DNA from: Octopus vulgaris | Taxonomy: Eukaryota | Direction of reading: 5' to 3' | NCBI GenBank assembly: GCA_951406725.2 | Contig: OX597815.1 | Span: 47,492,001 to 47,556,000, forward strand | Length of the DNA: 64,000 nt | Shown here: piece after piece, positions 13,115 through 27,840 of the stretch | Layout: each line of letters begins with the position of its first letter | How positions within the stretch are numbered: position 1 is the stretch's first letter | Position numbers and translations under genes: made by a program | Notes under the pieces: generated by a model | What the model was told of the DNA's origin: nothing | Databases searched by the model: none | Seen by the model: the letters and a program-made list of their open reading frames with translations, nothing else

Positions 13115-13378
13115 AGAACTGAAGAAAAATATCCAACAGCTGTGCGATGTCTCCTTACTGAATACTCAAGCATCTCTGCGCTGAGCGAGCCTAAAAATAT
13201 TTGGGATATTCCGATACAGAGACCAAATCGGGTCTCAGTTCCGTGTCTCGTGATCCACCGGTGTTCTGAAATGAAGGAATTTGCTTAAGAATACAACGCA
13301 TCGCCTGTTTGAGAATTCAAATCATAGTCTCGCAATTACGAGTACAACAGTCAAACCAGTAGTTCACGCGCTTTGACG
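13115..13378 (-). mobile_element. SINE, sister copy of 9335-9578
   Basis: Colinear similarity to 9335-9578. Confidence 0.65.
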
Positions 13379-13442
13379 CTCTCTGTGTCTCTCATACAAA
13401 TATGTATATATATATACACACACACACACGCACACACACACG

Positions 13443-13521
<79 letters not shown>

Positions 13522-13589
13522 ATGCACACGCACTCATATATATATAAAATATATCTATGTATGTATGAATGTATGTATGTATATATCTA

Positions 13590-14837
13590 CAGGGTGCGAT
13601 GGGTAAATTGTCGCAAGTCTATATTTCTATTTTATGCATGCGCATTATTTGTTTTATTTTTCCTTTTGTTGATTACACAGTATAGTAGGGTCAGTTGGGC
13701 ATCGTCTGTGAGAAAACAGCGCCATGATGCAATTCACTCTGCCAGAAATTTGGAAACATGCTGTACTGCTTTGCATTCGTGCCGGAAGCTCCAATACGAA
13801 TATTTCAGAGTGTTCGGGTGTCAATCTGAGGATTCGGAAAGAGTTGAATGAATCTAATGGTGATTACGAAGGCACGGCAGCTGGAAAAACTCACCCTGAT
13901 CGTTCTAATAAGAAAATAACTCCTGAATTTGTTGGTGAGATCCAGGCCATGATTGACAACCATCTCTCCAAGTCAATCACGTCCATCGCCAGTAACATAG
14001 GAGTGTCTGAGGCTCTTATCAGACAGGTAGCGCATGAAGAGATTCAGTATCCCTCATACAAGATGAGAAAGGGCATATTTTTATTCCAAGCCATCGAGGA
14101 AAAGAAAAAAGTCCTCAGTAAGAAGCTTTTGAAGAAGCTCAAGCATCCTCTTTATGCCTTAGTTTTTCTTAGACGAGAAAATTGTCTGCCAAGATCAGAT
14201 GGTGAACAGAACAACCGTTGGTTTGCCGTGTCCTCAAAACATGTACCGAGAGGGATAAAAATCAAACATCCAGTCAACATCATTGTGTTTGAATTGATCA
14301 CTAGTGATGGTAACGTTATGCCTCCATTCATTTTCCTACACGGTCTCATACTCAACTCGGAGGCCTACATCAAATGCCTGGAGGAGGTAATGCTCCCCTA
14401 GGTCAAGAGGGTAACTGCTGGAAGACCCTGTGTCTGGAAGCAGGACTCTGCACTATGCCACACAAGTAGAAAAACCCAGTTAACGCTGTCAGGCAATTTC
14501 TGCGACCACATCACCCCCTAACATCTGGTCACGTAACTACCCAGACAACAACCCCCTTGATTATTATGCGTGGAGCGCTGTTGAGTGAGAGAACAACTAA
14601 ACGCCTTGTAACCCTAAAGATGAACTGAAGGCAATGATTATGGTAGCATTGGCATTTAAGAGGTTCCAAAGTCGTCTGGAGGCCAGGGTTGAAGCCAATG
14701 GCGATTTTATTGAATAAATTACTGTTTAATATTTCAAGATATTTTTATGTAATTTTGGTAAATATATCCGTTAAAATAATGTGTCGGTGTTATTTTCATT
14801 TTTACGTATTTTTACACAATTTATTCATTGCAGCCTT
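13590..14837 (+). mobile_element. Near full-length decayed Tc1/mariner DD37D (maT) transposon
   Basis: TA|cagggtgcgatgggtaaattgtc and degenerate right TIR acaatttattcattgcagcctt|TA. ORF 13724-14401 is HTH-like. Downstream reads WKQDSALCHTSRKTQ..(frameshift)NIWSRNYPDNNPLDYYAW, with 37 residues between the second and third D. Confidence 0.88.
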
Positions 14838-14883
14838 TATGCATATATAGATGTGTTTACATATACACACATGCACAGACACA

Positions 14884-14985
<102 letters not shown>

Positions 14986-16616
14986 GACACACATGGAAAT
15001 TAAATGATAGAATAAACGATTATCTCATGAACTACATTAGCTTACAGCTGTTTCTGCTATAAGCTGTAGTAGTGGACTCATAGTTTAGTGCCTGAATAAC
15101 ACTTCGTAACATTATTGGGGCCTTGAGTTCTACTCCAGGTTATCTGCCTCGCATTCCTTAAGCGAAGTATTATGTGTGTATGTATGTGTGTGTGTGAGAC
15201 TGTATGTGTGCGTATGTATGTGTGTGTGTGCGGGTGTGTGTGTATGAGTGCGTGTATGTGCAGGATGGTCGTTCGGGTGTATGTGTCGGTGTTAGTGTGA
15301 CCAGTAATATACCGGCTCAAATTTTGACTAAGACGAAAGGAATACTGAACCGATATTAGTGACAAAACATGGTTAGGCATTACCCCGGAGAGCAGTAAAA
15401 ATAAGAGAAAAAGAAAAGATGTAACACACACACACACACACACACGCACATACACACGCATACACACACATACACATACTCAGTTACCTACACATGTTTT
15501 ATTGTACAAATGTTTCCACTACAGGCATTCCAACAATCATTTATGCTGGAATCAAGTCTCAATAGTTCAATTCAAATCATGAATATTTTCCTAATCACCG
15601 CCACATACACACATACACACGTACACACACACATTCTCATACATGTACACAGGTTTATAATCATACATGTACACACACTTACAAACGCATATAACATAGT
15701 ACACGCGTACGCATATGAATACATGTGTAGATACATATATACGCTCAGTCGTTCAATCATTCAAATTCTAACGCTTTCTCTCAGTTATAGAATTTGCCCA
15801 ATATTGGCACATCCTTTGCATTGGTTTTATCAACTGTTCCTATGCCGTGTCACTGATATTTAAAAGACGGTGACAGGCGATTTGACCTTTTCAGAAGGTT
15901 AAAACTCTCCCTAAAGATATTCTCATGAGCGCATTTTATAAATTCAACAGCATAGAAGCATACATACATACGTGTGCGTGTGTGTGTGCGTGTGCGTGTG
16001 CATGTGCGTGTGTGTGTGCGTGTGTGTGTGTATGTGTGTGTGTGTTGTGTGTACGTGTGTATGTATATATATGGATATATATGGATTTCTTTTCTAATTC
16101 TCTACTCCATTTTGTATACATTTTGTTCTCCTCTGCCTGTGTGCCTGTATAGATGTTCCTGCGTGGATAGGTTTTCGATGGGGGATCAGTTGCGTATGTG
16201 ATGGGGGTGATATTAGTCTCTATATATGCATGTATGTATGTATGTATGTATGTATGTATGTATGTATGTACATGTGTTTGTGTCTATGTATGTGTAGATG
16301 TGTAAATGCTTTGGTGTGTGAATGAATGCGTATTATACATGAAGCTAAGTGCATTGACAGATGTGCATGCGTGTATATATGTGTGGGGTCTCCGTGTGTG
16401 TGTGTATGTGTGTGTGTGTGTGTGCGTGTGTTTTTGTGGGTGTTTGTGTGTGTCGCTATTAATGCGTCTGTGTAAGTATTCCTGAGCGTGAATGCGCCGA
16501 ATGTAGCTGTTTCTCTACGCACGGCTATTTACACGTGTCTTGCACACATGTGCGTATGTGTATGCTTTGCTTTCTGCGAGTGAATGCGGGCATGCATCTA
16601 TGTGTGCACACGTGTA

Positions 16617-16670
<54 letters not shown>

Positions 16671-17105
16671 TGTGTATGAATAGATATATATATGTGTGCA
16701 TGTGTGTATGTGTGTATGTGTGTTTCTGTGTGTGTATAAATGCGTGTAAGAATACATGTATATACATTTCTGTCACCTTCTACATAATGAGTGTATATTT
16801 TATATAGTTTCTGTTCGTACACAGTTCTTATATTTACTTATCTTTTCGTGCTGGGTAGCTGGTTTGTAGACTGGGAAAGTATCTCTCTTAGAGACGAAAG
16901 TATATAAGTTTGCATATGCATACATACATACATACATACCTACATACCTACATATATGTATATATATACATATACGTACATATATAAATACATACATATA
17001 CATATATATATATAAATATATATATATATATTCATATATGGATATATATATATATGTGTGTGTGTATTCATATAAACATATACATACATACATATATATA
17101 TATAT

Positions 17106-17158
<53 letters not shown>

Positions 17159-17210
17159 ACATACTATAAACATACATATATCTTTACATATAGATACAGA
17201 ATTATATATA

Positions 17211-17246
<36 letters not shown>

Positions 17247-17320
17247 TGTATACACATATGATTGTTATTCTCTGCTGTAGTCTTTTTCATCCTAGAATTA
17301 TTTGCTTCCATGTGTATATA

Positions 17321-17365
<45 letters not shown>

Positions 17366-17701
17366 ATGCGAGTTGTGCTTATATTCTTGTATAAGCGCGC
17401 GCGCGTAAGTGTTTCCAGCCTCCTGCCTTTCTGCTTCTCCGCGTGTGTCAGCCTGGGTCTGGCTTCCAAACTCTATACAAATCGTTATTCAATCACACAG
17501 AAAAAAAAAAGAAGACAAAAAAGGAGGAGGCATAAAAAAGATTGAAGCAAAATAAATGAACACAATATAAAACAAATTCATACAAAACAACAATCTACAG
17601 AAAACCCGAAATTAAAGAAAAACATGGGTAAAAAAATATATAAATAATGAAAAAAACTATAAATTCGGTGCAAAAGTATAATGGAATAAAAACGTCGACA
17701 A

Positions 17702-17735
<34 letters not shown>

Positions 17736-17778
17736 ACATATATTCACATACATATATTTATCTTCGCATATATATATG

Positions 17779-17811
<33 letters not shown>

Positions 17812-18148
17812 ATATATAAGTATAAAAATATGCATGTATATGTATGTATATATATATATACATATATATATGTGTGTGTGTGTGTATGTGTGTGTGTGTG
17901 TATGTGTATATGTGTGTGTGTAGATATAAATAGATATTCTTACTCTGACTTGTATATATTCACACACGTATATATATTTATACATATACATATATACAAA
18001 TACATATATACTTATATACACATACATGCATAAAAGCACACTCTTATACAGAGATGCATACATTCACGTACATACGCATTTATATTTTTACATATATATT
18101 TTTAGATATATGTACGAACGTACATATGCATGCGTTCTTTTATGTATG

Positions 18149-18191
<43 letters not shown>

Positions 18192-18522
18192 TGTATATAT
18201 GTATTTATGGATGTGAACATACATACGTACACACATACATACAAACATACATACATACATACATACATGCATACATGCATACATACATACACACATACAT
18301 ACATACATGCATACATACTTCGCAGTGATCAGATACATTTGAAATATCTAGCCATTAAACTGCAATAACATTTATTTGGGGTTTTTCTCTGCACCAACGG
18401 GCAAAGGTCATGCCGTGCTATTTTATTCTCCCATCGTTATTTCGTATTTTTTGTGGTATTCTTTAAAACTTTATTTTATGCTCCCCCTATGTGTATCTGC
18501 GGGCGTGCATATATATACATAT

Positions 18523-18573
<51 letters not shown>

Positions 18574-18770
18574 TCTTTACTCGTGTGTACATAGATACGC
18601 CTATCTACACATGTATCTATACATACATGTATGTATATGCATGTTTCTGTATATATATGTCGATGTGTCTGCACATTTAGACAAATCTGTATAATACATT
18701 TGTATATATATCTACATATATATATATATATATATAAAAGAAATATTCAAATATACATCCAACACACACA

Positions 18771-18834
<64 letters not shown>

Positions 18835-19039
18835 GGAGTAATTTCATCGAATCCCCAAGTCCTTAATACAGGATATCCTAAACTTCATACAATCAAGGTA
18901 TCCTTGGCTTGAAGGGTAGCTTGCAGTGTACCCACCTCGTTTGGATAATTTACTACTTATGATGTTCCGAAAGTTACGAAACATATATAGCGTGAATTCC
19001 CGAACCTCCATTCCCTAATTTTCGGATTCTTTTTTTTTT

Positions 19040-19257
19040 TGTTCCTTTACTCGTTTCAGCCATTTGACTGCCGCCATGCTGGTGCACCGCCTATAGTCGA
19101 ACAAATCGCCCCCAGAACTTATTCTCTGGAAGTCTAATACTTATTCTATCCGTCTCTTTTGCAGAAACACTAAATGACAGGATCGTAAACATACCGATAT
19201 CGGTTGTCAAGCGATGTGGTGTGGACAAACACAGATACACAAATACATACATCTATA

Positions 19258-19260
<3 letters not shown>
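19040..19260 (-). mobile_element. SINE family B, 3' half (further pieces at 19545-19695)
   Basis: ctcgtttcagccatttgactgccgccatgctggtgcaccgcct..ggttgtcaagcgatg. Confidence 0.75.
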
Positions 19261-19323
<63 letters not shown>

Positions 19324-19328
<5 letters not shown>

Positions 19329-19471
19329 AATATTAGGGAATAAATCCAAATTTACAGGGAAAAATCAGATTTAGGACTGAATCCAATTTTATAGTAATTT
19401 ATATAAAATTTTTTATGTATTGGATTAAGTCTTTCTTTGTTTGATTTGCATAATAGTGGTTTTGTCTCTAA

Positions 19472-19480
<9 letters not shown>
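19324..19480. mobile_element. Imperfect palindromic AT-rich element inserted in (TA)n
   Basis: aggactgaatccaat pairs with attggattaagtctt; outer arms also pair; (TA)n on both sides. Confidence 0.5.
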
Positions 19481-19529
<49 letters not shown>

Positions 19530-19696
19530 ATATATATATATATTATACGAGGGGCTTCCTTCAATTTCCTTCAATTTCAGTTTTGATGTGTTCAATCAAA
19601 GATATTGATCTCTTTTCTTATATTGAATACGGTACTTATCCTATCTCTCATTTTTTTTTTTTTTGTATTTTTGACGACCGCTAAATTACGTGGATC

Positions 19697-20245
19697 CCCC
19701 CTCTTAATTCCTTTGTTCATCTTTTTCTCTCTCTTCTCCCCCTCCTTAATTCCTTTGCTCCTCTTTTTCTCTCTCTTCTCTTCTCACGTGACTGCTGGCC
19801 AACTATAGCCCTTTTGCTTCGGACCACGGGCACAGTAACATCGCTGTATTCGTCTGTCGTAAGGCTTAATTCTCAAATACGCTAGCTGAATCCAATTCGT
19901 CTCGAGTCGAAAGACGCCTGCTGTTATGTCCTATTATTATTATTATTATTGTTTTTTTTGTATTTATATTCGTATGGTTTTTTTTTTCGTATTTATATTC
20001 GTGTAACATCGTCCGTTTTTCTGTCCTTGTTTCGTATACATTCGATCCTTTTTCCAAGGAATCTAATGCTCTTAGCTTAGTTTTTCCTTGGGGCTGGTCA
20101 GATTGGAGCAATCTCAAAGATTAATCAGCCGAAATTACGAGGATGATCCGGTTCTTGACTGAAGATTAGAGGCTTCGAATAACCCGTCCGTGTTTTTTGT
20201 ATCGTCTATTTTGATGTTTTGCGTTTTTGTCCCATTTTGCATTAT
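19697..20245 (+). mobile_element. Possible Penelope pseudo-LTR-like non-coding segment
   Basis: Pyrimidine-rich 43-bp tandem duplication at the start; gccgaaa..gactgaaga..cgaa..gtc motifs; ends at (TA)n. Similar style to 38400-38800(-). Confidence 0.3.
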
Positions 20246-20250
20246 ATATA

Positions 20251-20305
<55 letters not shown>

Positions 20306-20522
20306 CGGCGTACGTACACTTTGTTCTCTTATATGTAAGTATATATATATATATATATATACCAGTGCATGTTTGAATGGGTGAATGTGCACACGTGTTG
20401 TGTGTCTTCATGTGCGTACGGTGTATTTGCGCGCACCCGCGTGCGTACGGTGTATTTGCGTGCGCCCGCGTGCGTACATACACACTCACACACACACACC
20501 CACACGCACACATACATATACA

Positions 20523-21522
20523 GTAGTAATGCATCCCGGCGTTACTCGGGTATTATGACCTACTGCCGCATTATATTATTTCTTCCTTTCTTTTGGGCAG
20601 AATCGACACAGCTGATATATAGCGAACTGTATCTTTGGCGTAATAGAAGTTATTTTTTCTTCAAAAGTGAAGGGGGATGGCACAATATGTATGGGTTTGT
20701 GTGGAAGTGCTTTCTGTTCTAAGAAGAATCACAAACTATGTATTATTTCATAGTATAAAAGGGGGTTTATACAATTTTTGGCGAGAAATCCCGTTTTCAA
20801 AATTTTAATGTCACCCCGTCCCCACAGCAATTTCTTAATTTGTAACTTTTTTCGACATTTTTTTAATCCAGAAAATAGAGATTACGAATCTGGGAAATAT
20901 ATACTTTTTTCAAAGTTTAATTTTTCTTAAAGAAACACACAATCCCTCTTCCCATACCTTGCCCACCCATCACTTAACCGCTTTTAAAAGCTAAATGTTT
21001 CACTTTCGTATGATGTTTCACGCTTGCGTAGAATTGTACTGAAATAGCAGACGTAAAAAATAGCAGACCACAACCAGAAAATCTAACATGCTAGAAACAA
21101 CAGGTAAACGATATTATTTCTGAAGAAACTTCCCCCCTTTCTAAAAAGCTAAAAGAGAAATACTGAGAGTTTGTAGCTTTTTAAAAGTGGAGATGTCATG
21201 GGTGGATGTTTGGGAAGAAGATTTCTTGGATAAAAAAGGAAGAAGAAATTTCTTAAAGATTCCTACCCTCTGTTTTTTCTCTCCGTAGATTATAAAGAAA
21301 AAAATTTGGAAAATCATAAAAAGAATGAAGAAATTGGGGTGGGGAGGGAGAAAATTAAAATATTGAACATGTGTTTTGGGGGCGAAATCCTAATCTCTTG
21401 TATCGAAAACATAGGAATGGGAAGAAATTTAGGAAAAAAATTAGGTAGAGGCGCAAATGCTAGAAAAAACAGGTAAAAGACAGGATTTCAGGGAAAACTT
21501 CCTTTTAACTTTATATTGAAGA
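20523..21522 (-). mobile_element. Probable decayed non-autonomous Helitron (~1 kb)
   Basis: Minus strand starts TCTTCAATATAAAG and ends with the hairpin cccgagtaacgccggg then CTAC (CTAG decayed). Internal ~45-bp direct repeat atgctagaaa.aacaggtaaa at 21088 and 21457. Confidence 0.4.
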
Positions 21523-22173
21523 CAAGGTTTTTAAATACTCTCATCACAAACATGAATTACAGAATAGAAAAAGGTCATTTCAATCGGATCGGATTGAAGC
21601 AAAAAATTTGCGCGTGCACACAGAGATAACATAGTTTGTACAGAGGTTTTACCGAGTGTGTGTGTGCGTGTGTGTGCGTGTGTGTGCGTGTGTGTGCGAG
21701 AGGAAGTTATTTTATGGCATTCTTTTGTTTCAAGCAGCAAATTTGTCAACTCGATCATATTGCTGATCATATGTGATCATATGATTGTTCGTTTATTTCC
21801 GTAATTTAAAAAAAATTTTTATGCAGAGAATAGAAATTGAAAGAGAGGTGAAAGTGAAAAGGTGACATTTGCTTTGAAGTGAGAGCAGAATGTCAAAGAG
21901 AGGAGAAAATGAGTGATGTATGTACATGTATATGAAATGGACGTGTGTGTGTGTGTGTGTATGTGTGCGTGTGTGTGTGTGTATGTGTGCGTGTGGGTGA
22001 GAGAGAAAGAGTGTGGGTGAGAGAGAAAAAGTGTGTGTGAAAATGAGTGAGTGAGAGAAGGTGTGTACTGTCATGTGGGTATTTTTTTCATGCGTAAGTG
22101 ACTCTCACTCGCTCACTCTTTCTCTCTCACCTCTCTTTCACTCACACATACACACATTATTTTTCATATATAT

Positions 22174-23090
22174 CAGTGGTTCCAGACCAGTGGTACGCGA
22201 GGGTTTTCCAGGTGGTAGACAAGAACTTTCGGAGTAATATACGGTTTTTAGTTTGCGCCGTTTCCAATATTTGGCCAGCATGTGATTAATGCTTTCAAAT
22301 CAATCAACCAGTAATCAGTACTTTTCGATTACTAGCATACTATTAGTTGCCTTTTATTCGCTCTCTGTACAGTGATCAGCACCGTCCAAACAATGCACGT
22401 GACCTTGAGCATGTCGTGATGCTATGTGTGACTTTGAGAGACACGAAAGTATAAAATGCACCGTGTGATCATTAATAAATGACAGTTGTTTGTTTGTTTG
22501 GTTTCTGGTGCGTGTCTCTGTACTCTCTGGGCTGGGTAGAGGCTGACTAGGGGCTAGCGAGGCGGGCATGTCGTTACAAGTTAATATTTTCTTCAGAAGA
22601 ATGTTTCCTGCCTTACACAAAGTAATTTGGCAACGATTTGCTACTTTCATACCCATACTTTTTTTATTGTGTATATTATTACAATTAATATTAATATTAT
22701 TTTGTATATATTTTTATTTTTATATTTCTTTATTTCTTGATTGATTAATTTCTTTTTACTTTTTCACAGGATTTGATAACATGCCGAAGCGAAACTATGA
22801 TCCTGCATGCATAAAGTATGGCTTCATTGCAACTGAACGTGGAGGAGAAGCTCTTCTGCAGTGTGTGGTCTGTATGAAGTCCATTTCCAATGCAGCCATG
22901 AAACCCAGCCTGCTCAAATGCCATCTTGAGACGAATCACGCTGACAAGAATGACCGAGATCAGAGTTACTTCCAACGAATTGACGAGAACGTAAAGCGGC
23001 AGCGCATAGACAAGACTAGACAGATCTACCAGAAGAGGGCAGGAATTGTGAAACTATTGTTACTTTCTAATGAAGCCTGGTCGTTGTAGA
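22174..23090 (+). mobile_element. hAT Charlie/Buster-type transposon 5' fragment with BED zinc finger
   Basis: Starts cagtggttcc. ORF 22781-23089 MPKRNYDPACIKYGF..QCVVCMKSISNAAMKPSLLKCHLETNH is a ZBED5/Buster-like BED finger. No catalytic domain and no right TIR seen. Confidence 0.85.
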
Positions 23091-23242
23091 GCGTGTCTTT
23101 CAAATAACTATAGCTGGTTGTTGAGAAAACGTAAAATACGTAAATAAAAATAATGTTTATTTGGTAGCCGAAAGATTACTGAATCTTTTGATACACCCCC
23201 ACACAAACTTTCTTATATATGAGTGTGTGTGTGGTGTGGTGT

Positions 23243-23310
<68 letters not shown>

Positions 23311-23430
23311 AATGATGTACTCCGAATGAATAAGGTGAGGTAATCCAATAGTAGAAATTCACGAATTAGGTACTCCAAACCAGTCGGAAGGACGCGATCC
23401 GTGTATATATTTAAATGCGAATGTATGTGT

Positions 23431-23650
23431 TGGCAGAATCGTTAGCACGCCGGGCGAAATGCGTATCCGTATTTTGTCTGCCGTTACGTTCCGAGTTCAA
23501 ATTTCGCCGAGGTCGACTTTGTCTTTCATCCTTTCGGGGGTCGATAAATTAAGTACCAGTTACACACTGGAGTCGATGTAATCGACTTAATCCGTTTGTC
23601 TGTCCTTGTTTGTCATCTCTGTGTTTAGCCCCTTGTGGGTAGTAAAGAAA
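23431..23650 (+). mobile_element. SINE family A, tail type 1
   Basis: tggcagaatcgttagcacgccgggcgaaatg...ccccttgtgggtagtaaagaaata. Confidence 0.85.
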
Positions 23651-23964
23651 TATATATATACATGTGTGCGTGTGCGCGTGTGTGGGTGAGTGTGTGGGTG
23701 TGTGTGTGTGTGTGTATCCATTTGTGCGAATATAATGCATGCATGAGGGATTTTGAAGAATTTCGTTTTGTATTTCCTTTATTCTGAGAAAGATTCTGGT
23801 GCGTGTCACATCAGATAAGCTTCCTCCGTCTGTCAGATTGAACCTGTTCCTGATCAGTCACCCAAATTGGTGGCAGGATTTAACAGAATCACATAGTAAT
23901 TGTTTAACTTAAAACTAGTCCACTGTTGCTAACAACCAGTCTAGGTTCGAGTCTGAAGATATGA

Positions 23965-24214
<250 letters not shown>

Positions 24215-25499
24215 CATTTATCTCTTCTCTCCTACTCCATCATTAACCAGTATCGGAATCTTTGCAAAAGCTTATAGCGACTGCATCTCCTCTTCTGACT
24301 AAGCTACTAAAAAGTAAACAATAAATAATAATAAAATACGCATGATTGAAAACGTTATGAATTTGAATATATAATATTATTCTATCACATCCTAGACACT
24401 CTAGCAATGATAATGGAGATTAAGGGACTAGTGCACTGTGGATTTACAATAATAGACACAAAAATACTAGTTATAGCATCCAGAAATTATTTTAGGAAAG
24501 AAAAAGACATCAGAAATATCAACATTAACATAAATATGAGTGATAAATGACAATGAAAAAAATGGATATGGATTCTTTTCATATCAGTTCTGCTAACTCA
24601 ACGAAATCCCACAAATGATGATAAATAAAATAAAATTATGGACAACAAAATGACTCATCATAGAAAATATGATAATAAACAATGGATGGGCGAAAACGAG
24701 ATGTATGAAAAAGTTACAGTAATGATAGTTAATGTAATATACGTTGAAGATTCGGTATTTCTAATTCCAATTATAGAATCCTACAAATTAACAATGATAA
24801 CGATAAATAATCACACGTGCAGACACACTATATGTTTGTCTATACACATAAACACACACACTTTCATGCAGGCATATATCATATATATATGTGTATATTT
24901 GTGTATATGTGTATAGGAACACCAAGGGAAAATGAAAGAGTCCAAACTGGTTCGTGGTGCTTACAAAAATACATATAGTTATATATATACACACACCGCA
25001 TGTATTATATGTGTGCATGTGCGTGTGTGCATGCGTGTGTGTGTACGTTGTATGTATGTAGGTATATAATGCATAAATGTCTTTATGTGTGAGTGAGTAT
25101 CTGACCCAGAATGTCATCTTTGCTTTCTAAAGTTTTGATGGCCAAATCCGATGACTCGGGAAGGTGGTGGATGATAGACATTTCACGAAATTCCTTAATC
25201 ACCACTTGATTCACCAGTTTAGATTAGGATATTTGCAACGTTCCACTATTGCTGTCTAGTCTTACAGCAAAGATGTGCTGTCAGATAATTGGTTCTATGC
25301 AGCAATACCTGGAGCCGTAGAGTTTATTTATTCCATCAAAGAAATTGAGTTTACTGTGTCTTTCTCCATGCATCTAGATCTTTTGAGCTATTGCAATCCG
25401 TCCAACATTTCTTCTTTCTCAACGCCTCCACCCCGTTTTTGTTACCTTTCAGTGAGTTGGTGTTTTTCTGCACTATATGCAATTAGCAGCGGTCCTTAA

Positions 25500-25900
25500 C
25501 ATGTTACTCCCTTTGCGATTATCTCTCCATTTTCTTCTAGATAGTGTTTTCTGCATGTCACCTGTAGTTTGTATTATCTCTGTTTCACTTCATTAGGTAG
25601 ATATAGTCCAGTACTTTTTATGATTTTTCGCTAGTTCATAGCTTTATCAGGTATTTTGTCTCATGAAATTATCTCAATGCCATTTCCACATATTTTCAGT
25701 TTCTTCTTTTCATAAAGATAAATCACCATAAATAGGAGAAGATTTACATCACTCTTCGTTCCCTGTGACTACCCAGTCGAAGATTAATTAGGAATGATCG
25801 ATAATGACATCAAGGCGATTATGAACAAGATACGAGTACCTTTCCCTAGCTCCATCGATGCATTACGTTTTCTAACAGGCATCTAGCTTTTTTGAGACAT
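25500..25900 (-). pseudogene. Highly decayed non-LTR reverse transcriptase fragment
   Basis: Minus-strand translation has LFIIALMSLSII then VNLLLFMV.YLYEK, resembling the SPLLFIIALIPLS and NHLLFMDDLKLY motifs of R4/Dong-type RT. Confidence 0.45.
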
Positions 25901-26169
25901 TGAAGAGTTCTCGGTATCTCTTGGTCTACGTCTTGGGTCTAAGTCGTACGTTCTTCTATAACACTGAGAAACAAAAATTTTTATATATTTCTTCTATTTC
26001 TTTTTTTTTTTTGTCTTTGGTCAGTGTTATATTCTATTTGCTACTATATAGAAATTAAAGGAAATGACTACCACTCCCTTCAAACTCCTTTTGTGACCTG
26101 GACATAAATGTTTTGAAATTGACCTATTTTCCATTACATTTCAAACAAATTCAGCACTGAGGTGCTGAA

Positions 26170-26352
26170 GCAGAAATATCGTTATAACAAATATTTTGCT
26201 CAACTGCACAGATATGCTCGTCAGGTGCTTTACTTTAACCACTTGAGCATATCCCTTAGTGGCTGATAATATATGCATCTCTGCTCATGAACAGGAGTAG
26301 TGGGGAAGCATCATAACCATGTGGTGAGAGGGATTCTTTGGGGTTTAAATAA
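26170..26352 (+). mobile_element. Repeat family E fragment
   Basis: Reverse complement of ~40715-40885 (ttgagcatatcccttagtggctga..gagagggattctttggggttt). Confidence 0.7.
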
Positions 26353-26416
26353 ATATTGTAAGAAAAGCAAGAGCCTCAGACAGATAATACTTTAAGATAT
26401 GCGAATAATTATTTTT

Positions 26417-26432
26417 ATCATCATCATCATCA

Positions 26433-26497
<65 letters not shown>

Positions 26498-26504
26498 GTT
26501 ATTA

Positions 26505-26548
<44 letters not shown>

Positions 26549-26730
26549 GAGTGAGAGAGCAGTTCATGCCATCAAAGTGACATTATTATTATTATTATTC
26601 TGCCGAGGTCGACTGTGCCTTTCATCCTTTCGGAGTCGATGAAATAATTACCAGTTACGCACTGGGATCGATGCAATCGACTATTCCCTTCCCAAAAATT
26701 TTGAGGCCTTGTGCCTATAGTAGAAAGGAT
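26417..26730 (+). repeat. (ATC/ATT)n, family E end stub (26549-26582) and SINE A 3' half
   Basis: Read directly. Confidence 0.75.
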
Positions 26731-26914
26731 CATCATCATCATCATCATCAGTTAAAACGTTTCCAATTTTATGAACAAAACAAAGCAGTGGATTGCGAGA
26801 AACGGTACAATGATTTTTACCTCTATGTTCAAACACACACACACACATGCATGCATATACTCAGTATGTATGTATGTATGTATGTATGTATGTATGTATG
26901 TATGTATGTATGTA

Positions 26915-26987
<73 letters not shown>

Positions 26988-27409
26988 TTGAATGATAGTG
27001 TAAAATAAATTCGTATATGTTCCGGAAATTATAATTCCTTATAACTAATCTACACATCCCCATCCTCAAAAATTTCATCTATATATAGAAAACATATTTA
27101 TTTAAAAAAAAAAAGAAAACTAAAAACTCCAATAAATTATTCAATTACGAATTAGAAACAGTGCGGGAGTTGTAAACATTATCGCTTACACATACTCAGT
27201 GTACGGTTTTCACACTATTTGTATATAGTGATAGACTGGTGATTTAATTTGTCCCAGGTTCGATCCAGGTACGTGATGTTGCTAAGCCACAAAAATATCG
27301 AAATATCGATATCTATCTCCCCTGAATGCGATTAGGGGCCTGTCGTCTTGCCTTCTATGACTTTTAGGTGTTTTAAGATCCAGTGGTTTAAAGAAGTTAT
27401 CTCCACCGT

Positions 27410-27840
27410 GATGAAAATAGTCTCGATGATGATCAAATAGAAAACTTTGAGGAAACTAGGGCAGAAACTGATTGAACTGGAGGCCTTAGGATCAGTTAAT
27501 TTGAGGACAGTAAATCGAACTAAGGTTAAAGAAAAAATACAAAGTAATCTGTGTGATATATAAGATTACACTCGAAAACATTAGAATTCAGTACATAAAG
27601 AAGGGAGAAGTGCTGCTAAGCACTTTCCCCGGCATGCTAATGATTCTGCCAGCTCGCCGCCCTATCAACACATTAATACTATCATGTGCTAATGTAGTTT
27701 CAGAATTTTTGCAGAAAAATAAAAGAAAGACCAACAGGAACCCTAGTAGAAAAGGCAAGCACTAATGAAGATTAGTGACCTCGATAGAAATATTAGTAAT
27801 CTGGATTAGTTGAAGCATAGTAAACTAAAGAACAAGCAAA
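27410..27840 (+). pseudogene. R4/Dong-like LINE N-terminal fragment interrupted by a SINE A head (27585-27662, minus)
   Basis: NLRTVNRTKVKEK..KITLENI | INTLILSCANVVSEFL..QEP**KR resembles the region upstream of RT in R4/Dong-clade ORFs. Confidence 0.5.

Noticed and set aside
18952-18992. cttatga..gaaacatata hammerhead-like motif
   Set aside because: Two core mismatches in AT-rich DNA; could be chance.
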